This document shows positions 29,957 through 39,162 of a stretch of DNA of 64,000 nt, piece after piece. Location of the stretch: the NCBI GenBank assembly GCA_041695225.1, contig JBGFRI010000046.1:32001-96000 (forward strand), written 5' to 3'. This DNA comes from Deinococcota bacterium. GTDB taxonomy: Bacteria; Deinococcota; Deinococci; Deinococcales; Thermaceae. Position 1 is the first letter of the stretch. Each line of letters opens with the position of its first letter. Position numbers and translations under genes: made by a program. Under the pieces are notes generated by a model that ran no database searches, was not told where the DNA came from, and saw only the letters and a list, made by a program, of their open reading frames with translations.

Positions 29957-31510
29957 TTATGCCAGCGGCGGTGTTACTCCTTTTGCGCCGAAATCTTCGG
30001 GGAAGTGATTGAGAGCGCTTAGCACCGGGTAAGGCGTCATGCCCCCCAGGGCGCACAAGGAGGTGTGCAGCATGGTGTTGCACAGATCCCTTAGCAATTC
30101 CAGATTCTTTTCCCGGCCCTGGTTGTTGATGATGCGGTCAATTACCTCTACTCCCCGCACCGAGCCTATCCGGCAGGGGGTACACTTGCCGCAGGACTCG
30201 ATAGCGCAGAACTCCATGGCGTAGCGAGCCTGCCGGGCAAGGTTGACGTTGTCGTCGAAGGCCACCACGCCGCCGTGGCCCAGCACTGCCCAGATGGCGC
30301 TGAAAGCCTCGTAGTCTAGTGGGGTATCGAACTGCGATTCGGGCAGATAAGCGCCCAAGGGACCCCCAACCTGGACGGCCCGGATCGGACGCCCGCTGGC
30401 AGAACCGCCGCCGTAGTCATATAGCAGCTCGCGCAGGGTCAGGCCGAAAGCTTTTTCCACCAGGCCAGGGCGCCTGATATTGCCGGCGAGCTGGAGCGGC
30501 AGGGTGCCACGCGAGCGGCCCATGCCAAAGTTGGCATAGTAGTTGCCGCCTTGGTCTAAGATGATTGGCACCGAGGCCAGGGTGATCACGTTGTTGACCA
30601 CGGTGGGCTGGCCAAACAGGCCCTGGGTGGCGGGCAGCGGTGGTCTGAAGCGCACCATGCCCCGCTTGCCCTCGAGGCTCTCCAGCATGGCGGTCTCCTC
30701 GCCGCAGATATAGGAACCCGCACCCAGGCGCACTTCTAAGTGAAAGCGCTTGCCGCTGCCCAGGATGTCGTCGCCCAGATAACCGGCCTTTTGGGCTGCG
30801 GCTATAGCCTGGTTCAGTGCGGCTTCGGAGTGAGGGTACTCGACCCGCAGGTAGATGTAGCCCTGGGTGGCTCCCACGGCCAGAGCGGCAATGGTCATGC
30901 CCTCGATCAGGACGAAGGGGTCGCCCTCCATAATCATCCGGTCGGAGAAGGTGCCGGAGTCGCCCTCGTCGGCGTTGCAGACAATGTACTTCTCAGAAGC
31001 TGGGGTGTTTAGCACCGTCTTCCACTTGATGCCGGTAGGAAAAGCCCCACCACCACGGCCCCGCAGGCCGGACAGGGTCACTTCCTCCACGATGGCCTCA
31101 GGCGAGATCTCTAAGGCATTGCGCAGCCCCCGGTAGCCCTGGTGGGCCAGATAATCCTCCAGGCTAACCGGGTCGGTAAGGCCCACCCGGGCAAAGGTCA
31201 AGCGTTCTTGGTTTTTGAGATAGGGGATCTCTTCGGTCGGGCCCAGATACCGGGGGTGCGCCTTACCTTCGAGGAAGCCCGCCTCGAACAGGCTGGCCAC
31301 CTCACCTGGCTGCACCGGCCCGTATGCCACCCTGCCGGCAGCAGTGCTCACCTCTAGCAGGGGCTCGAGCCAGTACAGGCCGCGCGAACCGTTGCGCACC
31401 AGGCTAATGGCGGCGCCGCGCCTGTCGGCCTCTTGCTGGATGGCCCGGGCCACCCGTTCGGCCCCCAGCGCCAGGGCGCTGGAGTCGCGGGGAAGGTAGA
31501 CCTTGGTCAT
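29957..31510 (-). CDS. fdsB: NAD-dependent formate dehydrogenase beta (diaphorase) subunit
   Basis: [30 protein letters not shown] and [10 protein letters not shown] motifs; FdsB-type N-terminus (RNGSRGLYWLEP). Confidence 0.93.
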   Translation of the reverse strand: MTKVYLPRDSSALALGAERVARAIQQEADRRGAAISLVRNGSRGLYWLEPLLEVSTAAGRVAYGPVQPGEVASLFEAGFLEGKAHPRYLGPTEEIPYLKNQERLTFARVGLTDPVSLEDYLAHQGYRGLRNALEISPEAIVEEVTLSGLRGRGGGAFPTGIKWKTVLNTPASEKYIVCNADEGDSGTFSDRMIMEGDPFVLIEGMTIAALAVGATQGYIYLRVEYPHSEAALNQAIAAAQKAGYLGDDILGSGKRFHLEVRLGAGSYICGEETAMLESLEGKRGMVRFRPPLPATQGLFGQPTVVNNVITLASVPIILDQGGNYYANFGMGRSRGTLPLQLAGNIRRPGLVEKAFGLTLRELLYDYGGGSASGRPIRAVQVGGPLGAYLPESQFDTPLDYEAFSAIWAVLGHGGVVAFDDNVNLARQARYAMEFCAIESCGKCTPCRIGSVRGVEVIDRIINNQGREKNLELLRDLCNTMLHTSLCALGGMTPYPVLSALNHFPEDFGAKGVTPPLA

Positions 31511-31986
31511 GCTACCGACCCCCTCAACTCGTCTAGCATGGCGTCGAAGCTCTGCGGCGTAACCCGGCCGTACACCTCGCGGCCAACCATTAGCGAGGGC
31601 GAGCAGGCGCAGTTCCCCAGGCAGTAGACCGGCTCCAGGCTAAAAACCCCGTCCGGGGTGGTCTGGTGGTAGTCAATGCCCAGCCGGGCCTTGACATGAG
31701 CCTCGAGGCCCTCGCAGCTCATGGCCTGGCAGGACTCGGCGCGGCAGAAGTAGATGGTGTGCAGGCCCGGCGGCTGGGTGCGGAAGTAATGGTAAAAGGT
31801 GATGACGCCGTGCACCTCTGCTCTAGATAAATTCAATGCCTTGGCAATTAATCCAACCGACTCTTTAGGAATGAGGCCGAGCTGCTCCTGGATGGCGTGA
31901 AGAATGGGCAGAAGCGCCCCCGGCATAGACTTCTTTGCTTCGATCACATCCCTCACTACATCCAGATCCAACGTGGTCTGTGTCAT
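31507..31986 (-). CDS. fdsG: Formate dehydrogenase gamma subunit
   Basis: GALLPILHAIQ, LSRAEVHGVITFY, CRAESC and CLGNCAC motifs. Confidence 0.93.
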   Translation of the reverse strand: MTQTTLDLDVVRDVIEAKKSMPGALLPILHAIQEQLGLIPKESVGLIAKALNLSRAEVHGVITFYHYFRTQPPGLHTIYFCRAESCQAMSCEGLEAHVKARLGIDYHQTTPDGVFSLEPVYCLGNCACSPSLMVGREVYGRVTPQSFDAMLDELRGSVA

Positions 31987-32013
31987 ACTCCCCTCCCGCG
32001 GGAAGAACCCGGC

Positions 32014-32298
32014 TCAGGCTTTGGGCGGCCCGTAATAGCTGGGCTTGGCCTGCGAGCTGTCGGTGAGCAGCCGGGCGCCCTCGATGACATGCGGCGCAAG
32101 CCCCTCGCCTCCGGCGGCGATATACTCCAAGAGCTGCTGGCGCATGCGGGGGTCCCAGTAGCTGCGCAGATGGTTGCGAACCCCCTCGGCGCGGCGTTCT
32201 GGCGGGTAGGGGGCAAAAAAATCCCCAATTTGGTTGGCCATGACGATAATGCGCTCAAGGGGCATTACTTCACTGTCTTTGGTCGAACCTGCCATCAT
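32014..32298 (-). CDS. fdsD: Formate dehydrogenase delta subunit
   Basis: MANQIGDFF and HLRSYWDPRMR motifs; ATGA overlap with the upstream stop. Confidence 0.9.
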   Translation of the reverse strand: MMAGSTKDSEVMPLERIIVMANQIGDFFAPYPPERRAEGVRNHLRSYWDPRMRQQLLEYIAAGGEGLAPHVIEGARLLTDSSQAKPSYYGPPKA

Positions 32299-34448
32299 GC
32301 GGGCTCCAGTTGTTTTGGCAAGGTGCTAACACCCTGCCCTACTGCTTCGGCAGCAGAAACAGGTGCGGCAATTCGCACCACCTCTACCGCGGTGACCTTA
32401 TACTCCGGGCAGTTGGTGGCCCAGTCGGAAAGATCGGAAGTGAGGGCGTTGGCCCTCGACTTGGCGTGGTGGAAGGTGGTGTAGACGATACCGGGGTTGA
32501 CCCGGTCGGAAAGCCTAACCCGCAGTTCGGTCTGGCCAAAGCGGCTGGTAATCCGGGCCCAGTCTCCGTCTTTCAGGCCGCGCAAGGCCGCATCCAGAGG
32601 ATTGACCTCCAGGACGTCCTCCGGGTGCCACACGGTGTTGGCCGTGCGCCGGGTCTGGGTGCCCACGTTGTACTGGGTCAGGATCCGGCCGGTGGTCAGC
32701 AGCAAAGGGTACTGGTTGGAAGTGCGTTCCGGAGTGGGCACATACTCGGTCAGCATAAAGGTGCCCAGCCCATTGGGGCGGGGGAATCTCACCCGGTGCA
32801 GCACCTCTGTGCCCTCTGGTGCTTCCTCGTTGCAGGGCCACTGCACCGAGCCCAGGCGGTCAATCAGCGCGAAACTCATGCCGCGATAGGCCGGCGTCAG
32901 GCGGGCGATCTCGTCCAGTACCTCCCCAGCGTGGGAGTAGGAGACCGGGTAGCCCATGGCATTCATGAACTTTACCGTGATCTCCCAGTCCTGCAAGCCA
33001 GCCAGCGGCTCCACCACCTTGCGCACCCGCGAGACCCGCCGCTCTGCGCTGGTGAAGGTGCCGTCCTTTTCCAGCGACGAGGAGCCGGGGAAGAAGACGT
33101 GGGCATACTTCGCGGTCTCGTTGAGGAAAAGGTCGTGCACCACCAGGCAGTCCAGGTTTTTCAGGGCCTCGATCACATGGTTCTGGTTTGGGTCGCTTTG
33201 GGCAGGGTCTTCCCCTACCACATACATGCCCTTGAGCGAACCAGCCACAGCAGCGTCCAGCATATTGGGAAGGCGCAGGCCGGGTTCTGGGTCGAGCGAG
33301 ACACCCCATTCAGCCTCGAAACTCTGGCGGGTAGCGTCGTCGGTGACGAAGCGGTAGCCGCTGAAGACGTGGGGCCAGCTACCCAGGCAGCTACCCCCCT
33401 GCACATTACCCTGGCCGCGTAGCGGGTTGACTCCCACACCTTCGCGCCCCAGCATGCCACAGGCCAGCGCCAGGTTGCCCAGGCACATTACCCCGGTTGA
33501 GCCCTGGGAGTGTTCGGTCACGCCCAGCCCGTAGTAGATGGTGCTGTTAGGGCCTTTAGCATAGAGGCGGGCGGCTTTGCGGATATCCTGTGGATCTACG
33601 CCCACCATGGGGCCCACCACTTCCGGTGCGTAGCGGTCTGCGCCCACCAGCGCTTTCCAGTTTTCGAACTCAGCCACCTCACAACGGGCCCGAACGAAGG
33701 CTTCGTTGTAAAGCTTCTCCCGCACGATCACATGGGCGATACTGTCCAGAGTGGCGACATTGGTGCCGGGGCGGATGGCCAGGTGAACCTCGGCCTTGCA
33801 GTGCGGCGACTCCACCGTCTCGGTCTTGCGGGGGTCAATCACGATCAGCTTGGCGCCCTGGCGGACCCGCCTTTTCATCAGTGAGCCGAAAACCGGGTGG
33901 CCTTCGGTGGGGTTGGCCCCGACCACCATGATCACATCGGCCTGCAGGATCGAGTCGAAGTGCTGGCTGGCTGCGCCGGCCCCAATGGTCTGGGCCAGGC
34001 CAAACTGGGTGGGCGAGTGACAGATGCGGGCACAGTTGTCAATATTGTTGTTACCCAGCACCGCGCGGGCAAACTTCTGCACCAGAAAGATTTCCTCGTT
34101 GGTACAGCGCGAACTCGAGACTGCGCCAACAGACCTGACCCCGTATTGGTTCTGGATGCGCTTGAACTCGCTGGCGGCATAGCGGAAGGCCTCGTCCCAG
34201 CTAACCTCCTGCCAGGGGTCGGCGATGGAGGCGCGGATCATAGGTGTACGCACGCGGTCAGGCGCCATGTAGTAGTCGTAAGCGAAGCGGCCCTTGATGC
34301 AGCTATGACCGTGGTTGGCTTTTCCCTCTTTCCAGGGAATCATCCGGACAATTTTGCCTCCGTAGGTTTCGGCTTTAAAGCCGCAGCCCACCCCACAGTA
34401 AGCGCAGGTGGTTATGACCGATCGCTCAGGTTTTACTGGGTTTGGCAT
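32295..34448 (-). CDS. fdsA: Formate dehydrogenase alpha, molybdopterin catalytic part (Cys-type)
   Basis: TTCAYCGVGC, CIKGRF, DNCARICHSPT, PLRGQGNVQG and CPEYKVTAV motifs; own SD (GGAGG) before ATG 34448. Confidence 0.92.
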   Translation of the reverse strand: MPNPVKPERSVITTCAYCGVGCGFKAETYGGKIVRMIPWKEGKANHGHSCIKGRFAYDYYMAPDRVRTPMIRASIADPWQEVSWDEAFRYAASEFKRIQNQYGVRSVGAVSSSRCTNEEIFLVQKFARAVLGNNNIDNCARICHSPTQFGLAQTIGAGAASQHFDSILQADVIMVVGANPTEGHPVFGSLMKRRVRQGAKLIVIDPRKTETVESPHCKAEVHLAIRPGTNVATLDSIAHVIVREKLYNEAFVRARCEVAEFENWKALVGADRYAPEVVGPMVGVDPQDIRKAARLYAKGPNSTIYYGLGVTEHSQGSTGVMCLGNLALACGMLGREGVGVNPLRGQGNVQGGSCLGSWPHVFSGYRFVTDDATRQSFEAEWGVSLDPEPGLRLPNMLDAAVAGSLKGMYVVGEDPAQSDPNQNHVIEALKNLDCLVVHDLFLNETAKYAHVFFPGSSSLEKDGTFTSAERRVSRVRKVVEPLAGLQDWEITVKFMNAMGYPVSYSHAGEVLDEIARLTPAYRGMSFALIDRLGSVQWPCNEEAPEGTEVLHRVRFPRPNGLGTFMLTEYVPTPERTSNQYPLLLTTGRILTQYNVGTQTRRTANTVWHPEDVLEVNPLDAALRGLKDGDWARITSRFGQTELRVRLSDRVNPGIVYTTFHHAKSRANALTSDLSDWATNCPEYKVTAVEVVRIAAPVSAAEAVGQGVSTLPKQLEPA

Positions 34449-35154
34449 AGTATCCTCCCTCAAAAAGGCTTTTCTCTACCAGCGCGTGGCTTGGGCAGAC
34501 CATGACACAGGCCCCGCAGCTCACACACTCCGACTCTAAAAAAGGCTGGTCCTGACTGGCCGCTACCTTTGACTCGAAGCCTCGGTGGGCTATGGTCAGG
34601 GCAAAAGTACCCTGTATCTCGGCGCAGGCCCGCACGCACCTGCTGCAAACAATGCACTTGGCCGGGTCGAAGAGGAAATAGGGGTTCGAGTCGTCTACTG
34701 GGGCATCGAAATGGTTCTGGCCCCATCCGTAGCGGTTTTCGGACACGCCTTCGGCCTGCATGGTCTGGTGAAACTCGCTCCAGCCGCCTTCCAGCTCTTC
34801 CGGAGGAAAATCCGAGAGGTAGAGCTCGAGCACGCCCTGGCGCAGGCGCTTGAGGGTGGGTGACTGGGTGGTCACCTTCATCCCCTCGGCCACCAGTGTG
34901 GTGCAGCTGGCGGGGTAGCCCTTGTGGCCTTCGATCTCGACCAGACAGACCCGGCAGCTACCAAAGGGCTCGAGCATATCGGTAGCGCAGAGCTTGGGGA
35001 TCTGCTGCCCCACCGTTGTGGCTGCCAGCATCACCGAACTTCTGGCGGGAACCGTCACCGCAATGCCGTCAATTTCAAGCGTTACGGGGACGCCGTCCCG
35101 TGGTGGGGTGCCGAGATCCACTCCATCCCTCAACCCGCGTAACTCAGACCACAT
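34426..35154 (-). CDS. Formate dehydrogenase alpha, N-terminal Fe-S part encoded as a separate ORF
   Basis: 2Fe-2S motif (IPKLC...GSCRVC...SC) and two 4Fe-4S motifs (CIVCSRCVRAC, CVSCGACVMVCP). Confidence 0.88.
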   Translation of the reverse strand: MWSELRGLRDGVDLGTPPRDGVPVTLEIDGIAVTVPARSSVMLAATTVGQQIPKLCATDMLEPFGSCRVCLVEIEGHKGYPASCTTLVAEGMKVTTQSPTLKRLRQGVLELYLSDFPPEELEGGWSEFHQTMQAEGVSENRYGWGQNHFDAPVDDSNPYFLFDPAKCIVCSRCVRACAEIQGTFALTIAHRGFESKVAASQDQPFLESECVSCGACVMVCPSHALVEKSLFEGGYYAKPSKT

Positions 35155-35227
35155 GCTTTCTTCCTCCCCTACTGCCGACTATTTGAAGCTCGATTGCTGC
35201 CGGAGTACTTGCTTTGTGTTGTTGATA

Positions 35228-35256
35228 ATTATTCGATGGTCTTAACATTCTGTCAA
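35228..35256 (-). promoter_or_regulatory. sigma70-type promoter of the fds operon
   Basis: Minus strand reads TTGACA-17 nt-AATAAT, ~75 nt before the first start codon. Confidence 0.65.
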
Positions 35257-35875
35257 GGTTTTTCTGGTCTGCGGTATCTGCTCATGATACTCTCTGAATT
35301 CTAAGAATGCTGTGCAGCGATGGCTTTGGGTAACGGGGCCAAGGTTGGTGCAGAGTTCTCATTTACCAGTAGTTCTTAAAGCGCCCTGCACACTGGCCGG
35401 GTTTCAGTGAGATTTGAATTACATGTCTTAAACAGTTTTCCTGCGATGTACGAATCATAGCAAGCCCCGAAGGGAGCACCGTTCGAATGAACAGCAGCCT
35501 GTGTGCAGTGAGCGAGCAGGCAGGGACTTTCTTCCCTGGCTCAGGCTGTCCTGCGGTGGTACAAATATGTCAACCCACTTTGGTGGGCACTGGACAACGC
35601 CTGTGGGTTCCCCTCCCTTGCCCCAGGCGTTTTCTTTTGCTGGGCTGGGGTATCAACAACCCGGCCAGAGGACCGGAAGTGGAGCAGCGCGGATGCCTGG
35701 CATCCCACCTTTTTTGGATGTTCACTTTGGGCTCGCGAGTTGCGTCGGAAGCCGCGCCACTACAACCCCCGAAAGCCCGTCGTTGACATGACTTCGCATT
35801 AGGTTTAACACCGGCGCATTCGATCTGAGTAGGCCAGAGCTTAAAGCGTCAACAGCTGTTTAGCGCTTCAAAAGG

Positions 35876-36625
35876 GTGGTGGGTACAGTGAAATATTCCG
35901 CTCGGCCCAGGAAACTCTCGAGGAGAAAGTTCATTCACGGCGCGGCTGGAGTGGGGCTGGGGCTGGCGGCCAGCAGCCCGTTCTCCATAGGAAGGGGCAG
36001 TATGGTAGAGACTGGATCTAGCACCAGGTTGCCGACCCCTGAAACCAGGGGCGCCCTGTCGGTAGAAGAAGCTATACAGAGCCGGAGGTCGGAAAGAAGT
36101 TTCAGGGGCATAGCCCTAACCCAGGCGCAGCTATCACAGTTGGTCTGGTCGGCCCAGGGGATCACCGATCCGGCCAGGGTTAGACGAATTTTACGTGCAG
36201 CCCCCAGCGCAGGGGCACAGTACCCGCTGGATGTTTATGTGGTGGTGGGCGGGGTGGAGGGCCTAAAGGCCGGGGTCTACCATTACAGCCCACACGAGCA
36301 CTCGCTGCGGCTGGTTCTGGAAGGGGACGTGCGAAGGCCACTGGCCGGGGCCTGCCTGGGTCAGATGTTTATCGCAGCTGCGCCCGTTAGCTTTGTGATC
36401 TCGGCGGAGTACCGAAGAATCACCGACCGGTACGGGGATAGAGGGGTTCGTTATGCCCACATGGAGGTTGGTCATGTGGGTCAGAACCTGCACCTGCAAG
36501 CAGAGTCTCTGGGCCTGGGCACGGTGGTCGTGGGGGCCTTTAGAGATGCTGAGGTGGCTCGGTTGTTACGCCTGCCCAGGGGGCACGAGCCGTTGTATGT
36601 GATGCCTGTAGGGCTGGTGGCCTGA
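35876..36625 (+). CDS. SagB/ThcOx-family nitroreductase-fold flavoprotein with a predicted Tat signal
   Basis: SRRSERSF, LVWSAQGIT, RAAPSAGAQYP and EVGHVGQN motifs; N-terminal SRRKFI followed by a hydrophobic stretch. Confidence 0.85.
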   Translation: MVGTVKYSARPRKLSRRKFIHGAAGVGLGLAASSPFSIGRGSMVETGSSTRLPTPETRGALSVEEAIQSRRSERSFRGIALTQAQLSQLVWSAQGITDPARVRRILRAAPSAGAQYPLDVYVVVGGVEGLKAGVYHYSPHEHSLRLVLEGDVRRPLAGACLGQMFIAAAPVSFVISAEYRRITDRYGDRGVRYAHMEVGHVGQNLHLQAESLGLGTVVVGAFRDAEVARLLRLPRGHEPLYVMPVGLVA

Positions 36626-36864
36626 GATCGGGACTGGAAGGGCTCGAGCCCTAGCTTTTTCCCAAACCCCAGGGTTAGCGCGGTTCTGGGAAATAGCGCT
36701 GGACTCCCGCCAAGTAAAATGCCGTTTGAAGGGTAGTATCCAAATTCTAAGAGTGCTGCACAGAAAAGCTTTGGGCAAGGAAGTCAAGCGTGTTGCCAGC
36801 AGCTTATGTAGATTCTGGGTCTGGTAGCGCCAAAAGACTGCACCCGTCAAGTAACGCCACCCCG

Positions 36865-37593
36865 CTAGACCCGCAAGCGCCAGTCTAGTTTGTACATCAC
36901 AAAACCCAGCAGGCCCCCAGCCCACACCAGTAGCACCAGCATTGAAGCCGGCTCGGGGGCTTGGCCCGCCAGGCTTGCATGAATAGATAGGGCTGCATGG
37001 GTGGTCGGTAGGCCCCAGACCACATACTGCAAGGCCGGTGGAAGGTTCTGGATGGGAAAAAATACTGGGGTGGCATACGAGAGAACGTAAACCAGCAAAC
37101 TGGTACCAATTGCCGCCTCGCCCGGGCCACGGCTCAGAATCCCAACCACCAGGCCGATCCCGGCAACCGAGAGCGCCCCCAGCACCAGAACGGGAATCAG
37201 AATGGGCGAGACCGCGACATTGAAGCCAAAGACCAGCACTGCCAGGGCCAGCAGCAACAAACCGCTCACCATACTGACCAGCAGGCTGGCGCCCAGGGTT
37301 GCCAGGATAAAGGTGAGCTTGCCAATCGGCAGGGTGGCATACAACTCGTACTCGCCCCTGGCCCGCTGCGCCGCAAAGGACTGGCCGAACAAAAAGATGG
37401 AGTTCAGCACCACACTGGCAGTGATAGCCCCGCTCAGCAGGCGGGCCTGACCGCCCAGGGCGGGGGCCAGGTTGCTTACAAAAAAGAGCAGGATCAAGGG
37501 AAAAAGGATGCTGGATAGCACCAGCCAGACCAGCCCATCGCTCATGGTCAGGCCCAGGAAACGCACCTTGATCAGGGCAAAGAAGACCCTCAT
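36865..37593 (-). CDS. ABC-2 type exporter permease
   Basis: About 6 TM segments with PVFFPIQNLP...LPTTHA. ATG 37593 overlaps the ATPase stop. Confidence 0.85.
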   Translation of the reverse strand: MRVFFALIKVRFLGLTMSDGLVWLVLSSILFPLILLFFVSNLAPALGGQARLLSGAITASVVLNSIFLFGQSFAAQRARGEYELYATLPIGKLTFILATLGASLLVSMVSGLLLLALAVLVFGFNVAVSPILIPVLVLGALSVAGIGLVVGILSRGPGEAAIGTSLLVYVLSYATPVFFPIQNLPPALQYVVWGLPTTHAALSIHASLAGQAPEPASMLVLLVWAGGLLGFVMYKLDWRLRV

Positions 37594-38504
37594 ACCGCCC
37601 TTTGCTCCAGGTCCGAAAAAACCACTTCCTCCAGCGAGGCTGCCCGAACCGAGACCTCGGCAGCTCCGGCGCCCAGGGCGGTATCCAGCTCCTTTAGCAC
37701 CATCTCGGCCTGCTCTACCGGGATTAGCCTCTGAAACTGGCCCGGCCCAACCTGTCGCCAGACCTGGTTGGCAAACGGCAGGTGGTCGGCCTGAATGGTA
37801 CAGACCAGCAGGGGCGAGTGGTTGCGCCTTAGTTCGGGCACGGTACCCTGGGAAACCAACTCCCCATTTTTCAAGATCAGGGCCTCGTCCATTACCGGCT
37901 CGGCATCGCGGATATCGTGGGTTACCAGCAGCAGGGTGGGTCGGTAGGTCTGCTTGAAAAAGGTCAGGGCAGCCCACAGCCTGCGCCGGTTGACGGCGTC
38001 CAGGCCGGCGCTGGGCTCGTCCAGCACCAGCAAAGGGGGTTTGAAGGAGAGCGCGGTGGCTACCAGAGTGATCCGGGCCTGACCGCCCGACATGTGCCAG
38101 ACCAGCTTCTTCTCCAGGTCGCCAATGCCCAGCAGCTCCACCACCTCCTCCCGCGCCAGCCGCAGGGCCCGGCCCCAGTAGCCCTGGGCCACCAGGGCAA
38201 ACTCGATCAGGTCGCGGCCCGTAAGGCCGGGAAAATAGGGCACCACCTGCGGCACATAACCCACCGGCACCGGGTGTTTGCCGGTATTGTCCAGCGGAGT
38301 ATTGTTGATTGTTATGGCGCCCCGGGTGGGACGGAGTAAACCGACCAGTAGCCGGGACAAGGTGGTCTTGCCAGAACCATTCGGCCCCAGGAGGCCGTAG
38401 CTGCGGCCTCCTTGGAGCTTGAGGTTTACCCCCCTCAAAGCAAACTCTTTATCTTTGCTTCGGTAATACTGTTTCCAGACGTCCTCAATCAATACCATTC
38501 CCAC
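37590..38504 (-). CDS. ABC transporter ATP-binding protein
   Basis: Walker A GPNGSGKT, signature MSGGQ, Walker B LLVLDEP, H-loop VTH. Confidence 0.95.
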   Translation of the reverse strand: MGMVLIEDVWKQYYRSKDKEFALRGVNLKLQGGRSYGLLGPNGSGKTTLSRLLVGLLRPTRGAITINNTPLDNTGKHPVPVGYVPQVVPYFPGLTGRDLIEFALVAQGYWGRALRLAREEVVELLGIGDLEKKLVWHMSGGQARITLVATALSFKPPLLVLDEPSAGLDAVNRRRLWAALTFFKQTYRPTLLLVTHDIRDAEPVMDEALILKNGELVSQGTVPELRRNHSPLLVCTIQADHLPFANQVWRQVGPGQFQRLIPVEQAEMVLKELDTALGAGAAEVSVRAASLEEVVFSDLEQRAV

Positions 38505-38559
38505 ACCTTGAGAATAATCGAAAAACTCAATTGCCGGTTACTACTGCGGCAGTGCGGCT

Positions 38560-38847
38560 TTAACGGATCGCCCAAACAGCAAATCTACCATCATGCCGAG
38601 CAGGAAGAGCGTCTCTAGCAGAACTTTCACACCGCGATCTCGTGCCCCTTGGCCAGAGAAAGGCCGCATACCCGAGCGTGGCGTCAATATCCTCCGGCTC
38701 AAGCGCCGGGTAGTCGCGCAGGATTTCCGCCGGGCTTTGATAACGGAACTGGTGGAGGACTGCTCCCACGGTAATGCGTGTTTCCCGGATGCTTGGTTTT
38801 CACCCAATGATTCGGGGGTCGAAGGTGATGCGTTCAGACAGCCCCAT
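38560..38847 (-). pseudogene. DUF433 antitoxin-like gene with an internal TGA
   Basis: Reads MGLSERITFDPRIIG*KPSIRETRITVGAVL...EILRDYPALEPEDI. TGA at 38802-38800 replaces the conserved Gly of GGKP. Confidence 0.8.
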
Positions 38848-38916
38848 GACGGCCCACTTGAAGCGCAGCGACGCGCAGGTGAGCCGTCGTGTCGAAGCGG
38901 TTGTTATGCGTCGATT

Positions 38917-39162
38917 TTAGTGTTTGCCACGAAGTAGGCCAGCGACACTGAGGTCCTCGTCGACGTCGGGCCAATGGATCCCTTCTCCGTCGGCGAGGAT
39001 TTCGAAGTTTTCCAACTGCTCAAGCGTAGCGTTTGCCAGGCGGGGAAACCACTCCAAGGGCACCGAAATCCTCCGTCCGTCAATCAGATCAACTACCAGA
39101 TCGCTTTCCGTGAAAGTTACGCTCTGTGCCAGAGGGTGTACTTCAACGATGGATGTGTTCAT
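38917..39162 (-). CDS. DUF2442 domain protein (putative antitoxin)
   Basis: DGRRISVPLEWFPRLANAT and GIHWPDVDEDLSV motifs. Confidence 0.88.
   Translation of the reverse strand: MNTSIVEVHPLAQSVTFTESDLVVDLIDGRRISVPLEWFPRLANATLEQLENFEILADGEGIHWPDVDEDLSVAGLLRGKH

Noticed and set aside
29957..31986. Second complex I nuoEF copy
   Set aside because: Sequence features and linkage to fdsA/fdsD identify these genes as FdsB and FdsG.
32295..34448. Selenocysteine-containing FDH
   Set aside because: The active-site residue is Cys (RICHSPT) and there is no in-frame TGA.
35155..35875. Moco or other riboswitch upstream of fds
   Set aside because: I could not match any riboswitch consensus, and the predicted fds leader is only about 70 nt. 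An Rfam scan would settle it.
37594..37977. N-terminal 128 aa of the 370-aa permease ORF
   Set aside because: Overlaps the ABC ATPase in another frame; the real start is ATG 37593.
35487..38504. RiPP (azole) cluster formed by the SagB-like gene and the ABC exporter
   Set aside because: No YcaO/cyclodehydratase and no convincing precursor. The ORFs at 35487-35791 look like non-coding translations, and stand-alone SagB-type nitroreductases are common.
38800..38802. TGA recoding in the DUF433 gene
   Set aside because: The position is a conserved Gly and other residues are also degraded; a simple nonsense mutation is more likely.
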